Shown here in pieces: positions 13,808-25,537 of a DNA stretch of 64,000 nt. The DNA is from Camelus ferus. Taxonomy: Eukaryota. A program made the translations under genes and the position numbers. The notes under the pieces are model-generated. The model was not told the origin of the DNA. It made no database searches and saw nothing but the letters and a program-made list of their open reading frames with translations. The stretch spans positions 56,732,001 to 56,796,000 of the forward strand of contig NC_045696.1 of assembly GCF_009834535.1 (NCBI RefSeq), in the 5' to 3' direction. How positions within the stretch are numbered: position 1 is the first letter of the stretch; every line of letters begins with the position of its first letter.

Positions 13808-14414
13808 AAAACAATGAAATAAAAGTTCATTTGTCTTTTTTTAGATTCAACATATAAGTGATATCATGTGGTATTTTTCTTTCTCTTTCTGGCTTACTTC
13901 ACTTAGAATGACATTCTCTAGGTCCATCCATGTTGCTGCAAATGACATTTTTATTATTATTTTCTAAGGCTGAGTAGTATTCCATTGTATAAGTATACCA
14001 CAGCTTCTTTATCCAGTCATCTGTTGATGGATATTTAGGTTGTTTTCATGTCTTGGTTATGGTAAATAGTACTGCTATGAACACTGGGGTGCATGTAGCT
14101 TTCTGAATTAAGTTTCCCTCTGGATATATGTCCAGGAGTGGGATTGCTGGATCATATGGTAAGTCTACTTTTAGTCTTTTGAGGAATCTCCATACTGTTT
14201 TCCACAGTGGCTGCACCGAACTGCATTCCCACCAACAGTGTAGGAGGGTTCCCTTTTCTCTACACCCTCTCCAGCATTTATTGTTTGTGGACTTTTGAAT
14301 GATGGCTATTCTGACCAGTGTGACTCAAGTATTGTGCTGTACACCAGAACTGGCACAACACTGTAAACTGACTATACGTCAATAAAAATATATTAAAAAA
14401 AGAAAACAATGAAA
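13808..14414 (+). mobile_element. 5'-inverted (twin-primed) L1 insertion with a 12-bp target-site duplication
   Basis: TSD AAAACAATGAAA at 13808-13819 and 14403-14414; the first copy follows TT (TT|AAAA endonuclease site). Inverted L1 segment about 13820-14323; sense 3' tip about 14321-14402 with AATAAA at 14381-14386 and an A tail. Confidence 0.88.
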
Positions 14415-14769
14415 CATAAGCCTTTACTTACACAGCTGGTTTTGTCTGAAATATCCTACCCATTCTCCCCTTCCATTTCCTCTCTCCCGCTGGCCTGGTG
14501 AATTAATCTTTCAAGACATAGCATCATTCTAGTTATAAAGACTTTTCTGACTCCATGCAGGTAGAATTAAGCACATCATTCACCATTCTTTGCATCTCCA
14601 CTGCACACTGTATATTTTCCTAGAAAGTACTTAAAATACACTATCACACTTGCTTGTTTATAGATTTTATTCCATCTGCTAAATTTTAAGTTCTTTGAGG
14701 GCTGGGACTGGGTTTTACTCATAGTTTTTATTCCCAGTACTCAGAACAGGGCCTTAGTATTTATTTAAT

Positions 14770-15330
14770 GGCAAAAATTTTCCATGTTATTACAGAATCT
14801 TCATAAACATTTTTAATGTCTCCATAGTAGTTCAAAGAGTAGGCACAATGATTTATTTAACCATTTTCTCATTATTAGATATTAGGGTGTTTCAAACATG
14901 ATGCTAAGAAAAGATCTGTTTAAACTTTTGATTAAAATTTAAAGTATTTTCTTAGTATACCTTCCCAGAAGTGAAATTAATGTGTAAAAGGAGATCAATA
15001 TTTAAAGTTCTTGATATCTATTGTCAACTTTTATCTTGTTACTCTGCCACCAGCTATATACATAAGCCTGCAGGTCTTGCTTGTTGTACCTCAATAGCAT
15101 GTAGTTACTTTTTTTGTTAGTTTATAAGACACAAAAAAGTGACATTGTACTTTAGTCTGCATTTCTTTACTTTCTGGTAAAGATACACATAATGATCATC
15201 TTTGCTAATCAGTTGTGTCCCTTCTCTATGAATTATCTATTCATTGCTCTACCCATTTATCTATTAGGTTTTAGTGTTATCAATTTACATGACCTCTTTA
15301 TATATTAGCTGCTCACGTAATTGAGTCAAA
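14770..15330 (-). mobile_element. Old L1 (L1ME-like) fragment
   Basis: Degraded antisense L1 motifs: atttatttaaccatt, cccagaagtgaaatt, tctgcatttcttt. Confidence 0.6.
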
Positions 15331-17768
15331 CATTTTCCCAGATTTCCCTTTCATTAATTTTTTTTTTTACATACAGGCATGTAAGATTTTTGAGTAATCA
15401 AACAGCTTTGTATTTACTGCATTGCATCTGATATCTATGGCCTCAGGGCATATTGCTGATTTTTGTGTTTGCATGTAGGTTCATCTATGTTGGAGGCTTA
15501 TAGCTAGGCATGTAGTCATCAGCTTGATAGAAGGCTTGAGCTTCCAGTTAAGCTTCACTGTGTAGGGTAAACATCTCTACGCAGTAATACTATATAGCTC
15601 TCCAAGAATTAACTGCATTGGGTGACAAGCGCTAACAGTGGATGGACTCTAAAGTAAGAACAACTGAAGTACCATGAATAGTGGCTATTTGACTTCTTTA
15701 AGAATTTTGGGAGGGTCTGATTCTGTTTTTATCATTAGAACTAAATTAGATCAGAAGAATGCACTTGATTTGCTGGGGAAAAAAAAGTTCAATATAATCA
15801 AATAAATGCCAGCTCCAAATAGAGCTGGTAATGTGTTAAGCTCATCCCTCATCTCGGAAAGAAGAGAAAAGAGTATATGTATGTTGGTGAGACTTTCAGG
15901 ATTTCTTACTAAATTATCAAATATCTCTAGGTGACACAAACAAATTTCTAAACCCAAGTCATTCCTTTATATATTTGTGAAATCCTTAAAATTTCACAGA
16001 GGCAATAAGCCTTTATTCAAAAGTAAACTTTGAAGTTTGAGTACAAAGACAAATGAAGTGTAAAAAGTATATTCTAATCTGTCAGATAGCAAATCACTGT
16101 TAAAAGAGAACTGATAAAAAAGCAATAACTGACTTTGCACACACAGCCTAACATCAGTGAATGAGTAACAAGATCAATCACTTTCCTAGTGGGCATGGTT
16201 GTCTTCTGTTTTACAACTGAACTATAATAATAATGTCAAAAAGCTTACTAATTGCCTGATCACTTTTCCAAATTTAATGCAGCAGATAATTCAACCCTGT
16301 TATGTAATGCATTGATGCCACAGTTATAACTCTAGTACCTAACTCAGTGCCTGCTATGTAGTAAGTATTTCAGTTTTTTTGTAGGGGGAGGGGAGAGAAT
16401 AAAATGACTAGTTCGAACAATATGTAACATGAAGGGATTGTTAGATGCAATAGAAAGGGAATTATAAATGACAGAGAACATCTACTTCACATAACATGAA
16501 GAACTCTCTGTTAGCTCTGGATTCCAGTTCTAAATTCTACTTGGTGATGCTTTTGTGAAGTCCATTTAGATCACCATTGCCTTCTTTATCTGTAAAACTG
16601 AGTGTTTTTATTAAATTAACTTCACCATTTCAAGTCAAAGAACTAAAGTTGACATAAATTGGATTATCTTCATAGAACTTCATAATGCAACTTTCTGAAT
16701 GGAATATTAAATGATGCTCTTTGTAAGGCAAATGATCTTCAGGCAATGTGAAAGGTTCTTAACCTCCTCCCCTCAACAATTTTATTCAGTTTGGGAAAGT
16801 TAGTTTTCAAGCTCTCCGGAGTATGTTCTTTCCACCTCCAAGCAACTGACAAAATGTCTTCGCTCACAGCAACATCCAAAGGTCAACCCCACAAAAGTGC
16901 ATCTATGAAATGCAAGGTTACCATTTATTTCAAGTTCTAAAGGCGCTTAAGAGTGGAAGTTATGAATAACAGGATAGTGAAGTGAAGGAGGGGGAAACGC
17001 AGACTTCAATTTCAGTTCTCAAACGTCCAAGGTATCAAAAGAATTTTAACACTAGGATTAAACAGGGCTCAGCATTAAGTCCCAGCTGCTTCATAATATG
17101 GCCCTTTTAATTTCTCTATTTCTTACAACCTAGCATATAATCGGTTTGCAATAAGATTAAAGAGAACATAAAAATCAAGAAGCCCAGCTGAGAGCAAAAC
17201 AGGACTTTGAAATTTAATATTTCATTAAATAATATAGGTTACTGTCTGAAGTACGTGAACTCTGGGTTCAAACCAGTTGTCCTTTACATCTCTCCGCCTC
17301 ACTTTTCTCATCCGTAAAATGGGGTAGGAGGGCTGATTTCAGGATTAAAGGAGTTAAAATATGCAAAACACTTGTAATAATGTCATTCTTCTTAGTGTAC
17401 TCTGATTTCCTTAATTAACAAAATCTGTTTGAGACGGTCCTAACTTCCGTCTCAGCCCAGCGCCCAATACTCAGTATCTCCATATCTTTTAAAACAAAGG
17501 ATCACTTGGCTGCGGTCGCCCGAGACCGACGAGAAACCTGCGAAAGCCGCGAAAACGCCGGGCGCTGCGCCCCCCACCCGTGATACGCCGCTGCTTCGTC
17601 AAATAGAGCAAAGTCCTCTGGGAAACGTAGTCTTTGGGTCTTGAGAGGGATTTCAGCCACAGGTCAGAGTCAGTTGGCTGCGGTGGGGAGATGGGGGAGA
17701 GCGAAAGGGGAGGATTCTCGGATAACTCAAAAGTGTCGGGAGCCCCAAGGTTGGGTTAAGCGGCTCAC

Positions 17769-17814
17769 CTGAGTCTCCCAACACCAGTACCTTCACCCGA
17801 TCCAGAGACGCCAT
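17769..17814 (-). CDS. RABL3: RABL3 coding exon 1 (start codon)
   Basis: ATG at 17814-17812, reads MASLDRVKVLVLGDS(G), donor CAG|GTGAGC. 46 nt, phase 1, inside the CpG island. Confidence 0.97.
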
Positions 17815-17989
17815 CTTGCCACTGCCTTGCTGGGGTTAACGCCTATTCCGGGATTGTAGACCAATCAGAGCTGGGTATGGAGGGCGGAGCCTTCAACGTC
17901 ATTGGCCAATCGGAGCGTGACTGTCTTGATTGAAGGCGTCACTGTGCTGATTGGCCCGCCTGGCTAAAAGTAGCGGGTGGTTTCCGAAG

Positions 17990-18101
17990 CTGGTCGCAGG
18001 ATTAGGGCGTTTTCTTTGTCGCACGAGTGGCGTGGCTCGTTTAAGCCGGTAGTTGAGGCGCTGAGGGAAGCTGTAGTGGGAGTGTTCGAGGATTCGCTTT
18101 G
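17990..18101 (+). other. GTF2E1: GTF2E1 probable non-coding exon 1 (5' end approximate)
   Basis: Donor TTG|GTAAAC at 18102, just downstream of the CCAAT cluster. The ATG lies in an internal exon (acceptor at 22657-22658), so a 5' UTR exon is required. TSS cannot be fixed from sequence. Confidence 0.65.
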
Positions 18102-18789
18102 GTAAACCTTGTTCCCTGTTCCTTGTTCTCGGCTCCCTGGCCAGGCGTGGCATTTCAAGGTGTCCTCTCCTCATTGCTCCGTTCTCCTTAGCTATCCTCC
18201 ACCCCCTTACTCTCTTGACTTGTTCTCTTCTTGGTCCTCCAAAGAACCATTGACCCCGGAGCGGCCCATGTGCGACCTCGGGTAGGACGGGCTTGGCTGC
18301 GCTGAGTGTGGCCCCTGGACTCACCTGGCAGAGTCCGAGGGAATTTAGGGTCTCGGGGGTCTCACAGTGGGGAGGAGGTGAACATTACTGAACCGGGCTG
18401 GTGGAGGCCAGCTGCTTCGGAGGTTTCGCGGTGATATGCCTCTTTATGTACGAGGGCCTGCAGAGTGCCGTGAAATATGGTAACTGAGAAAACCAGTTGG
18501 ATGTGTAGAATTCAAGTTCTTTTTAGAGCTGGAATAGTAGTAGTGTACTGAAATAATCTGTACAGGATGACAGGACTCCCTACATCCGCTCCTTTTATTT
18601 TACACCCTGCAGTCAACACAATCCTTTAAAATCGCGAATTTGATGCTGTCATCTTCTGCTTAAAACTATTAGAAGTTTAAGAAGAGGGTTTCCAATACCC
18701 TATCATTTTCTCCGCTGGAAACTGCAGTGGAGGAAGTGAATTGGGGGAAGGCTGGCAGGGTGGGCATGTTTGAAGAACACGTGCTTGGG

Positions 18790-19150
18790 AGACCTACTGA
18801 AAGGAAGTACTTGACCAGCTGTGCTCCATACTGCAAACTCAGTAGTGAACAAGGTTAAGCCTCTGGTCTCCGACATAGACTTGGAGAAAGTATGTCTATT
18901 CAGTGCAAGGAAGAAGGGGAAAGAGCTATGGGAACACGTGAAAGGGGAATCATTCTAAGCCCCTAAGGGAAACCTGGAAAGATCTCTTTGAGGAAATGTC
19001 ATTTGAGTGAAGGATGATTAGAAGGGACTTTGGGCTTAGCTGAGGGGACAGACAGAACAACATGTGCAAAAGTCTGGGAGCAGGGAATGCTTATGTGGCT
19101 CATGAAACTGAGAGAATGCCAGTGTGGCTGGAGATGAGGCTGATAGGGTA
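18790..19150 (-). mobile_element. L2 fragment
   Basis: gagctatgggaacac...gaggaaatgtcatttgag...catgtgcaaaagtc...ccagtgtggctggag matches antisense L2. Confidence 0.7.
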
Positions 19151-19964
19151 GATGGAATGTAGAGTGCATTCATTTCAACTTTGTTTCTCCAACTCTGTGC
19201 CTGATGCACAGTAGTCCTTAAATGTTTATATGATTAGAATATATATGGTTCAAAAACAAAACAAAACAAAACAGCTTGCCTTTGGGGGTCTGGGCTAGGT
19301 AGGGTGGTAGGTGAGGTTGGGAGGTGACTGATGGACTCTGAGGCTAAAAAGAAGAAACAAGGCCTGGCTCTCAGAGGTCACATACTCAAAAGTCTCCAGA
19401 GGCCAGCCAAGCTTCATTTGTTTAAAAGGATTCTACTCTGCTCTTCTAATCTACTCTTTAGCTTATTGTTTCCACGTGGGAACATGGCCTCACTTGTTTC
19501 TTCATATAGTTCTGACTTTCATGAGGAGCTGAAAATGGAAATTTATGTGAAATCTCATGATTTTAAAATGTCAACCACTAATCAGAAAAATTACAAAACA
19601 TTCATTCTTTGAGTCAAACGGTGTGGCATAGGCTGCTAGTTTGAGAACTCAGACCTAAGTATTATGAAATCTTGAGATTGAGGAGGTTTAGTGTTAAGTG
19701 AGGAAGTAGAAGTGGTGAAAGAGAGAACATAGTGGTCAGGAAGGAGGATTTTAGAATGTAGAGATTTTGAGCAAGGTGTCACAGCATGACTTCTTTGCTG
19801 AGCTCTCCATTTGTTCAGCTACCTGCTGGACATCTTCACAGTAATACTCTAGTATTTCCTCAAAGGCAAGCAACTAGAAGTGAATGCCAAGTTCCTCTTC
19901 AGGTGTTAACCTATTTCTCATAGTAGTACTTTTCTCTTTCCAGTTACACTAGCTCAAAGCAAAT

Positions 19965-20150
19965 AGCTATATGTTATTGTTTAATGGATATAATGTTTCA
20001 GTTTACAAGGTGAGAAGAATCATGGAAGTGGATGGCAGTGATTATTGGATAACATTATAAATGTGTTATTATTATACCTATCACTAAATTGTATACTTAA
20101 AAATGTTGGTAAATTTTTTGTTATGTGTATTTTATCACAATAAAAAAATT
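19965..20150 (+). mobile_element. L1MB-like 3' tip
   Basis: gtttaatggatataatgtttcagtttacaag...cactaaattgtatacttaaaaatg...tttatcacaataaaaaaa. Confidence 0.75.
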
Positions 20151-20739
20151 GGGAAAAAACCAAATAACTATTTAAAAATTTCCTACTTTGTAACTCCATT
20201 TCCAATAATTGTTGGATCCTTTTGATTTTGTTTCTCTAATAAGTTTCATTCACCCTGTCCTCTTCTAATTTTTTCTTCTCTTTCGTGGTTTAGGTTTGAT
20301 TACTATAGCTCTCAATACTTCCACAGTGCTTCCATCTTCACTTACTTCACCCATTTCTCAAATTGTTGTAAGAATCACTTTTCTAAGTAGGAAGTCATTA
20401 TGAATGCCAATATTTAATGAAATTCTAATGATACCAGCTTTGAAGGCAGAACACTTTACATGAATTACTTCATTTAATCCATACATCAACTCTATGAGAA
20501 AGGTTCTGTTAGTCACTTTTTATATATGAGGAAACTGAGGCTGAGAATATCCAACTGGGATTCAAAACCCAAAACTATTGTACTGAAAAGTTATGTCACT
20601 CCCTTGCTCAAATCTTTAGGGCCCCCTATGGTGTCTGAGGCAAAGGAAACAGGCTTAATGCTAGGTGACACAACGCCCTTCCCATGCAGGATGTGCTTTG
20701 GCGGGGTCTGTAGTAGCCAGGCACCCAGTTTGTTGGTTG

Positions 20740-20922
20740 CAGTGGTCAGGGACTTATTCTGTATATTAGAGTCACCTAAGAAGCTTTAAAATTAGTGTGA
20801 TGCCTAATCTGGCCCTCTCAGACTAGCTGAAACAGAATCTCTGGGATGGGGCCCAGGGTGGGTATTGTTAAATGCACCCCAGATTATTCTACTTTATAGC
20901 CATGGTTGGGAACCATTGGTCT
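20740..20922. mobile_element. MER5-type MITE
   Basis: tattagagtcacctaagaagcttt...cagaatctctgggatggggcccagg...ggttgggaaccattg. Confidence 0.7.
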
Positions 20923-22673
20923 GGAAAATGGAGTATACGGGGTGGAAGGTCAGGTAGGGGAATACAATAGTAGGAAATACTGGAAAAAGTAGGTTATTTT
21001 GACATTTGCCATCCTTTGGACTGTTTCTGAAGCCACATATTGGTATATTCTGCCAACTGTTAAGCATGTAAAACAAAACAAAATAAAACAAAATGAAACA
21101 AAACAAAACAAAAAAACCCAAAACCGGGTTCAAGTACAATGTGTTGACCAAATTGGAAAGAACAAAATGTTTCTAATGATACGTTAGGATATTACTTCAG
21201 TGTTTTGCCCAGGCACTTGCTTGGCATCCCTAAGCCTTGGGATAACAGGAGGACTCTAGGCCCACAGGTTTGGATCTAGGTGCTACTTTGTTATCTCTTA
21301 TGTACAGTCATGCCTCAGTATATATACTTTATTATAACTGACTTTGCTTTTATTTTTCCTTTATTACAGGTAGGGCATTATATTCTACCCCCCAAGTATA
21401 TGTATATATTGGTTATTTAGGAATATCTTTTTAATATAGTACTGTGGATATAAAAATATTTCTTATAAAAGAAGTATTAAACCTGATAAGGTTGAAAACC
21501 ACTGATTTTAAATAAAAAGTTCAGTAGAAGCTAGTATTAACAGAATATGATTCCTTATTGAAATAGTTCAATGGGATGTCTATTAAAAATATCCTTAGGG
21601 TTTAGGTAAATTTCATTTTATATAATCTGTGTGGGTAGCCTGGCTGTTTTTAGTTTAGGATGTATTAAATTGATATGGATGCTATCTTTATTAATAAGTG
21701 CTTCCTAAGCATGTTACATTCTCATTTATTTGTCACAGCAACCTCACTGTGGTAGTTGATATCCTTATTTCTCAGAGAATAAAGTGTGGCTTGAGGTTGC
21801 TTAAGGGATTGCTTAGGATCACACAGCTACTAAAACAAAGCTGTCTGGCTAATTCCAAAGCCCAGGCTTTTTAACATATGAAACTCTAGCCCATGTCAGT
21901 TTGGGCTTCTAGAAGATAGCTTTCTGGGTATAATTAACTTCTGCTTTGTCTTACAAGGGATCCCGTATTTAAGGGTATCTTGGTGTTTGTTGTTGTTAAC
22001 TGTTTTTAAGAACTGTATTGCATTTACTTAATTGGTCATTTAATTTTTCAAGGTTGGTAAAACTGTCTGGAACTATTTGTTAATTTCTTCCAGATTTATA
22101 ACAGTAATTTTGCCAAGCATCCCAGCTAGTGATTACTTATGTGTTCATTGGTTTGTTGTGATTTTATTGTGAGAACATGACTATATACAACATCCTAGAA
22201 TCTATCTTGGTGGAAAAATTTTACTCAAGGAAGACACTTAAAAGAATATGCTAACTGCTAAGTTTCTCAGGGGGTTTTCAGCATTCACAAAGATCTGTAG
22301 CATTGAGAATAATGAGACTTCATTTAGCTTTTTTTGTGTTTCTCTTTATTAAATAAAGTGGACTTGATATAATACATCACTGCTATAAAGTAATAAGTTA
22401 CTTTTTGGAACTAAGCACACTCAGTCTTGAAAGTAACCGTTTAAGAAATATGTCAAGCTTTTCAGGTGTAATCTTTTGTGTACTCTAGAGGAAAATCTTG
22501 TTCTCTGTTACATGCTTAGGCATTACTAGCCTTGAGTACCTTTGTGGCACTTCAAGAATAGTGGTTACCAGCAACCAATAATGGGTTGATTATTCTAGAT
22601 TTAAAATAATTACTTTGTCCTTATGCCTAGCTAATTTTCTCTTTTTTTCTGAATTCAGTACATTTAAAATTGA

Positions 22674-23168
<495 letters not shown>

Positions 23169-25397
23169 TAAGTAACTTTTTAAAATAAAGTGTGTATCCT
23201 TTTTCTTAAATTGATTCATCTAATTTTTAAACTAATCATGTATTTCATTGTAAAAGTGAATTTATTGGTATAAGTCAGCATATAGTCAGTCTTAATGTCC
23301 TGTTTGACTGTCATACTACTTTTAGAAGCTTTTGCAAAGCCTTTCTCTTTCACAAGGCGGTGTACTCATCCATGGACTGTCCTTTCACCCATGGCCCTCC
23401 TACCTCTGCTTCCACCCCCATCCCTTATTTATAGGTAATCTAGAGGGTTGACTTTCTCTACCACTTTGAGGCTATTCTGACTTTATTGACTTTACTTTTG
23501 ACCTCTTCATTCAACAGATATTTGAGCACTTACTTGTGCCAGTCACTGCCAGACACTTACAATAAATACTTATTATTAGCACTTAAATGCTTTGTTAGTG
23601 AAAGTGCAAAGTGCTATCAGGAGTACATAACCAGAGCATATAATCTGGGTTTGGCCTCTGAAGGAAATTAAGAAACAGCAGGGACCTAAAAGATAAGTAC
23701 AAGTTAGCCAAAGAAATAAGAGAAGGACCCTTTCCAAGTTAACAATAGATATTTAGCTTCTTAGTCATCCATTAATGGAAGAGAATTGTCAACAAGAGTT
23801 ATAAATTGCTTCATTTAATTAAATACTTTATTTTTAAGAATTTTGTAAACACGGAATTTACAAAACATTTATTTTTAAAAAATATAACGTGCCTGACATT
23901 AACATGAAGAGATTTAAAATGCTAAGTTGTATAGTTATTTTATTATTTGTAAATTGGAAAAGAGACTATAGTTTTCCTAATTACTCAGTAGATCAATTTT
24001 GTATTAAAAATTTGTAAAAAAAAAATCTATGCAAAGAATCACTGCTGTTAAGTTAGATTGTCTGTTTGTTACGGCTGAATTCAGAAATATAGGTTACTTT
24101 TTAATTAATAGATCTGACTTTTAAAAAACTATCTGAAAAATACAATTGAAATTTTTACAGAAATATTTTATTGTAAAAAAATTACAGATTTGTGTGCATG
24201 TTTAATTTTCTAACTTTTGTATATGTTATGTATTGTACATTTTAAAGAATTTTTAAAAAATTTAATGGGAAATAATTCCAATATCAATTAAGATTATTAA
24301 CAAAAAGAGCAATGATAGCCTATGACTTTTTTTTTTCTTTATTTACTATGAAGCAGTCATTTTGGATGAAAAGTCATCTAAAGAATTCACACTTGTGTTA
24401 AACATTTAATTGAACCTAAGTATTTACCTTGAAAGGGCTTATCTAGGAGAGATCTTGGTTTTAAGAAAATCTTAATCATCGTGAGTATAAGAATTGCTTG
24501 AGTGTGCTATAGAGGAACATAGATGTATCTGGAGTGCTTTCAAAATAGAATAGAAAAGCCTCATGATTTTTGCTATTCACTCTAACAGATTTCTTAAAGG
24601 AGCTCTGGGTTTTGGTTTTGTGATTTTCTGCAGATGTTGGTGTTACAGTGGTCATCTTCGTCACTCTTGACTGCAGTGGAAGGTGTTATCCAGTCCCTCA
24701 GAGAGGGTAATCTAAAGTAATGTTCTTCTACATTTACTCATCACTTGATTCTTATTTAATTTTATGGAACTTTCTAAAAGGAAGTTATCCTACTACTTAT
24801 ATATCAGTATTTAGGAGACTGATCCATGATGCTCTTTGAAGTTTACCTAGGAGTTGTGTCCGAATGAAACGAGTTGTAATCAACAGGTTGCTTATGGAAG
24901 AGATGGTCTAACACCAAATATAGTCAAGGTTATTTGAGTCAGGGAGTTGAGATAGGGTAGGGTGCATGAAAACATTCTGTGAAAGAAAGCTAAAACTGAA
25001 ACAGTTGTTTTGTGGCCAGTCCGAGCAAAGACTGTATTTTTAATATGAGGGTTATGGTCAATGTGAAGGTGGAAAGAAGGGCTTCAGGAGAGCAAGAATA
25101 AGTCACTTTACATTGATATCAGTCAAGGGAGGGTGCCCTGATCAGCCAACATGAATAGCCAACTTAATTGGCAGTTATGTCCCTACAGTGAAGCCTGAGA
25201 TACCATGATTGAAAATTCTTAATCACTGGGGACCCTCATTCTAAGATTGTACTTGCCTTTTGATTAAATTTGGTTTTTCATTTGGACTTTCCTTTACAGA
25301 GAGAGTACGCTGATTAGGTTATACTAGACCCCAATCTGCTTGTCAGTCTGGTTTTGTTTAGTAATGTCTTGACATCCTCCCTTGTTCTATACATTCT

Positions 25398-25537
25398 CTT
25401 TATTTATTTATTTAGTTGGGAGGGAGGAGGTAATTAGGTTTACTTATATATTTATTTTTGATGGAGGTATTGGGGATTGAACCCAGGACCTCATGCATGC
25501 TAGGCATGCGCTCTACCACTGAGCTATACCCTCCCCC
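25398..25537 (-). mobile_element. tRNA-Ala-derived camelid-type SINE (Vic-1-like)
   Basis: Reverse strand GGGGAGGGTATAGCTCAGTGGTAGAGCGCATGCCTAGCATGCATGAGGTCCTGGGTTCAATCCCCAATACCTCC, then AAACCTAATTACCTCC and a (TAAA)n tail. A and B boxes intact. Confidence 0.88.

Larger units (their letters stand above)
17500..18480. promoter_or_regulatory. CpG island / bidirectional promoter shared by RABL3 and GTF2E1
   Basis: The only CpG-dense stretch in the window. CCAAT boxes at 17861-17865, 17901-17910 (ATTGGCCAAT) and 17950-17954 (reverse). GC boxes at 17882-17887 and 17955-17960. ETS core TTCCGG at 17846-17851. ACTAYRNNNCCCR motif at 17617-17632. No obvious TATA box. Confidence 0.9.

Noticed and set aside
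17430..17454. 8-bp hairpin TGAGACGG...CCGTCTCA near the promoter
   Set aside because: A short stem like this is expected by chance in 64 kb and has no supporting context.
17899..18324. 141-aa minus-strand ORF over the promoter
   Set aside because: It starts at a GTG that is the splice-donor motif, lies in GC-rich stop-poor DNA and resembles no protein I know.
25460..25537. tRNA-Ala gene
   Set aside because: The tRNA-like head continues into a SINE body and A-rich tail, and two further diverged copies occur in the window. It is a SINE.
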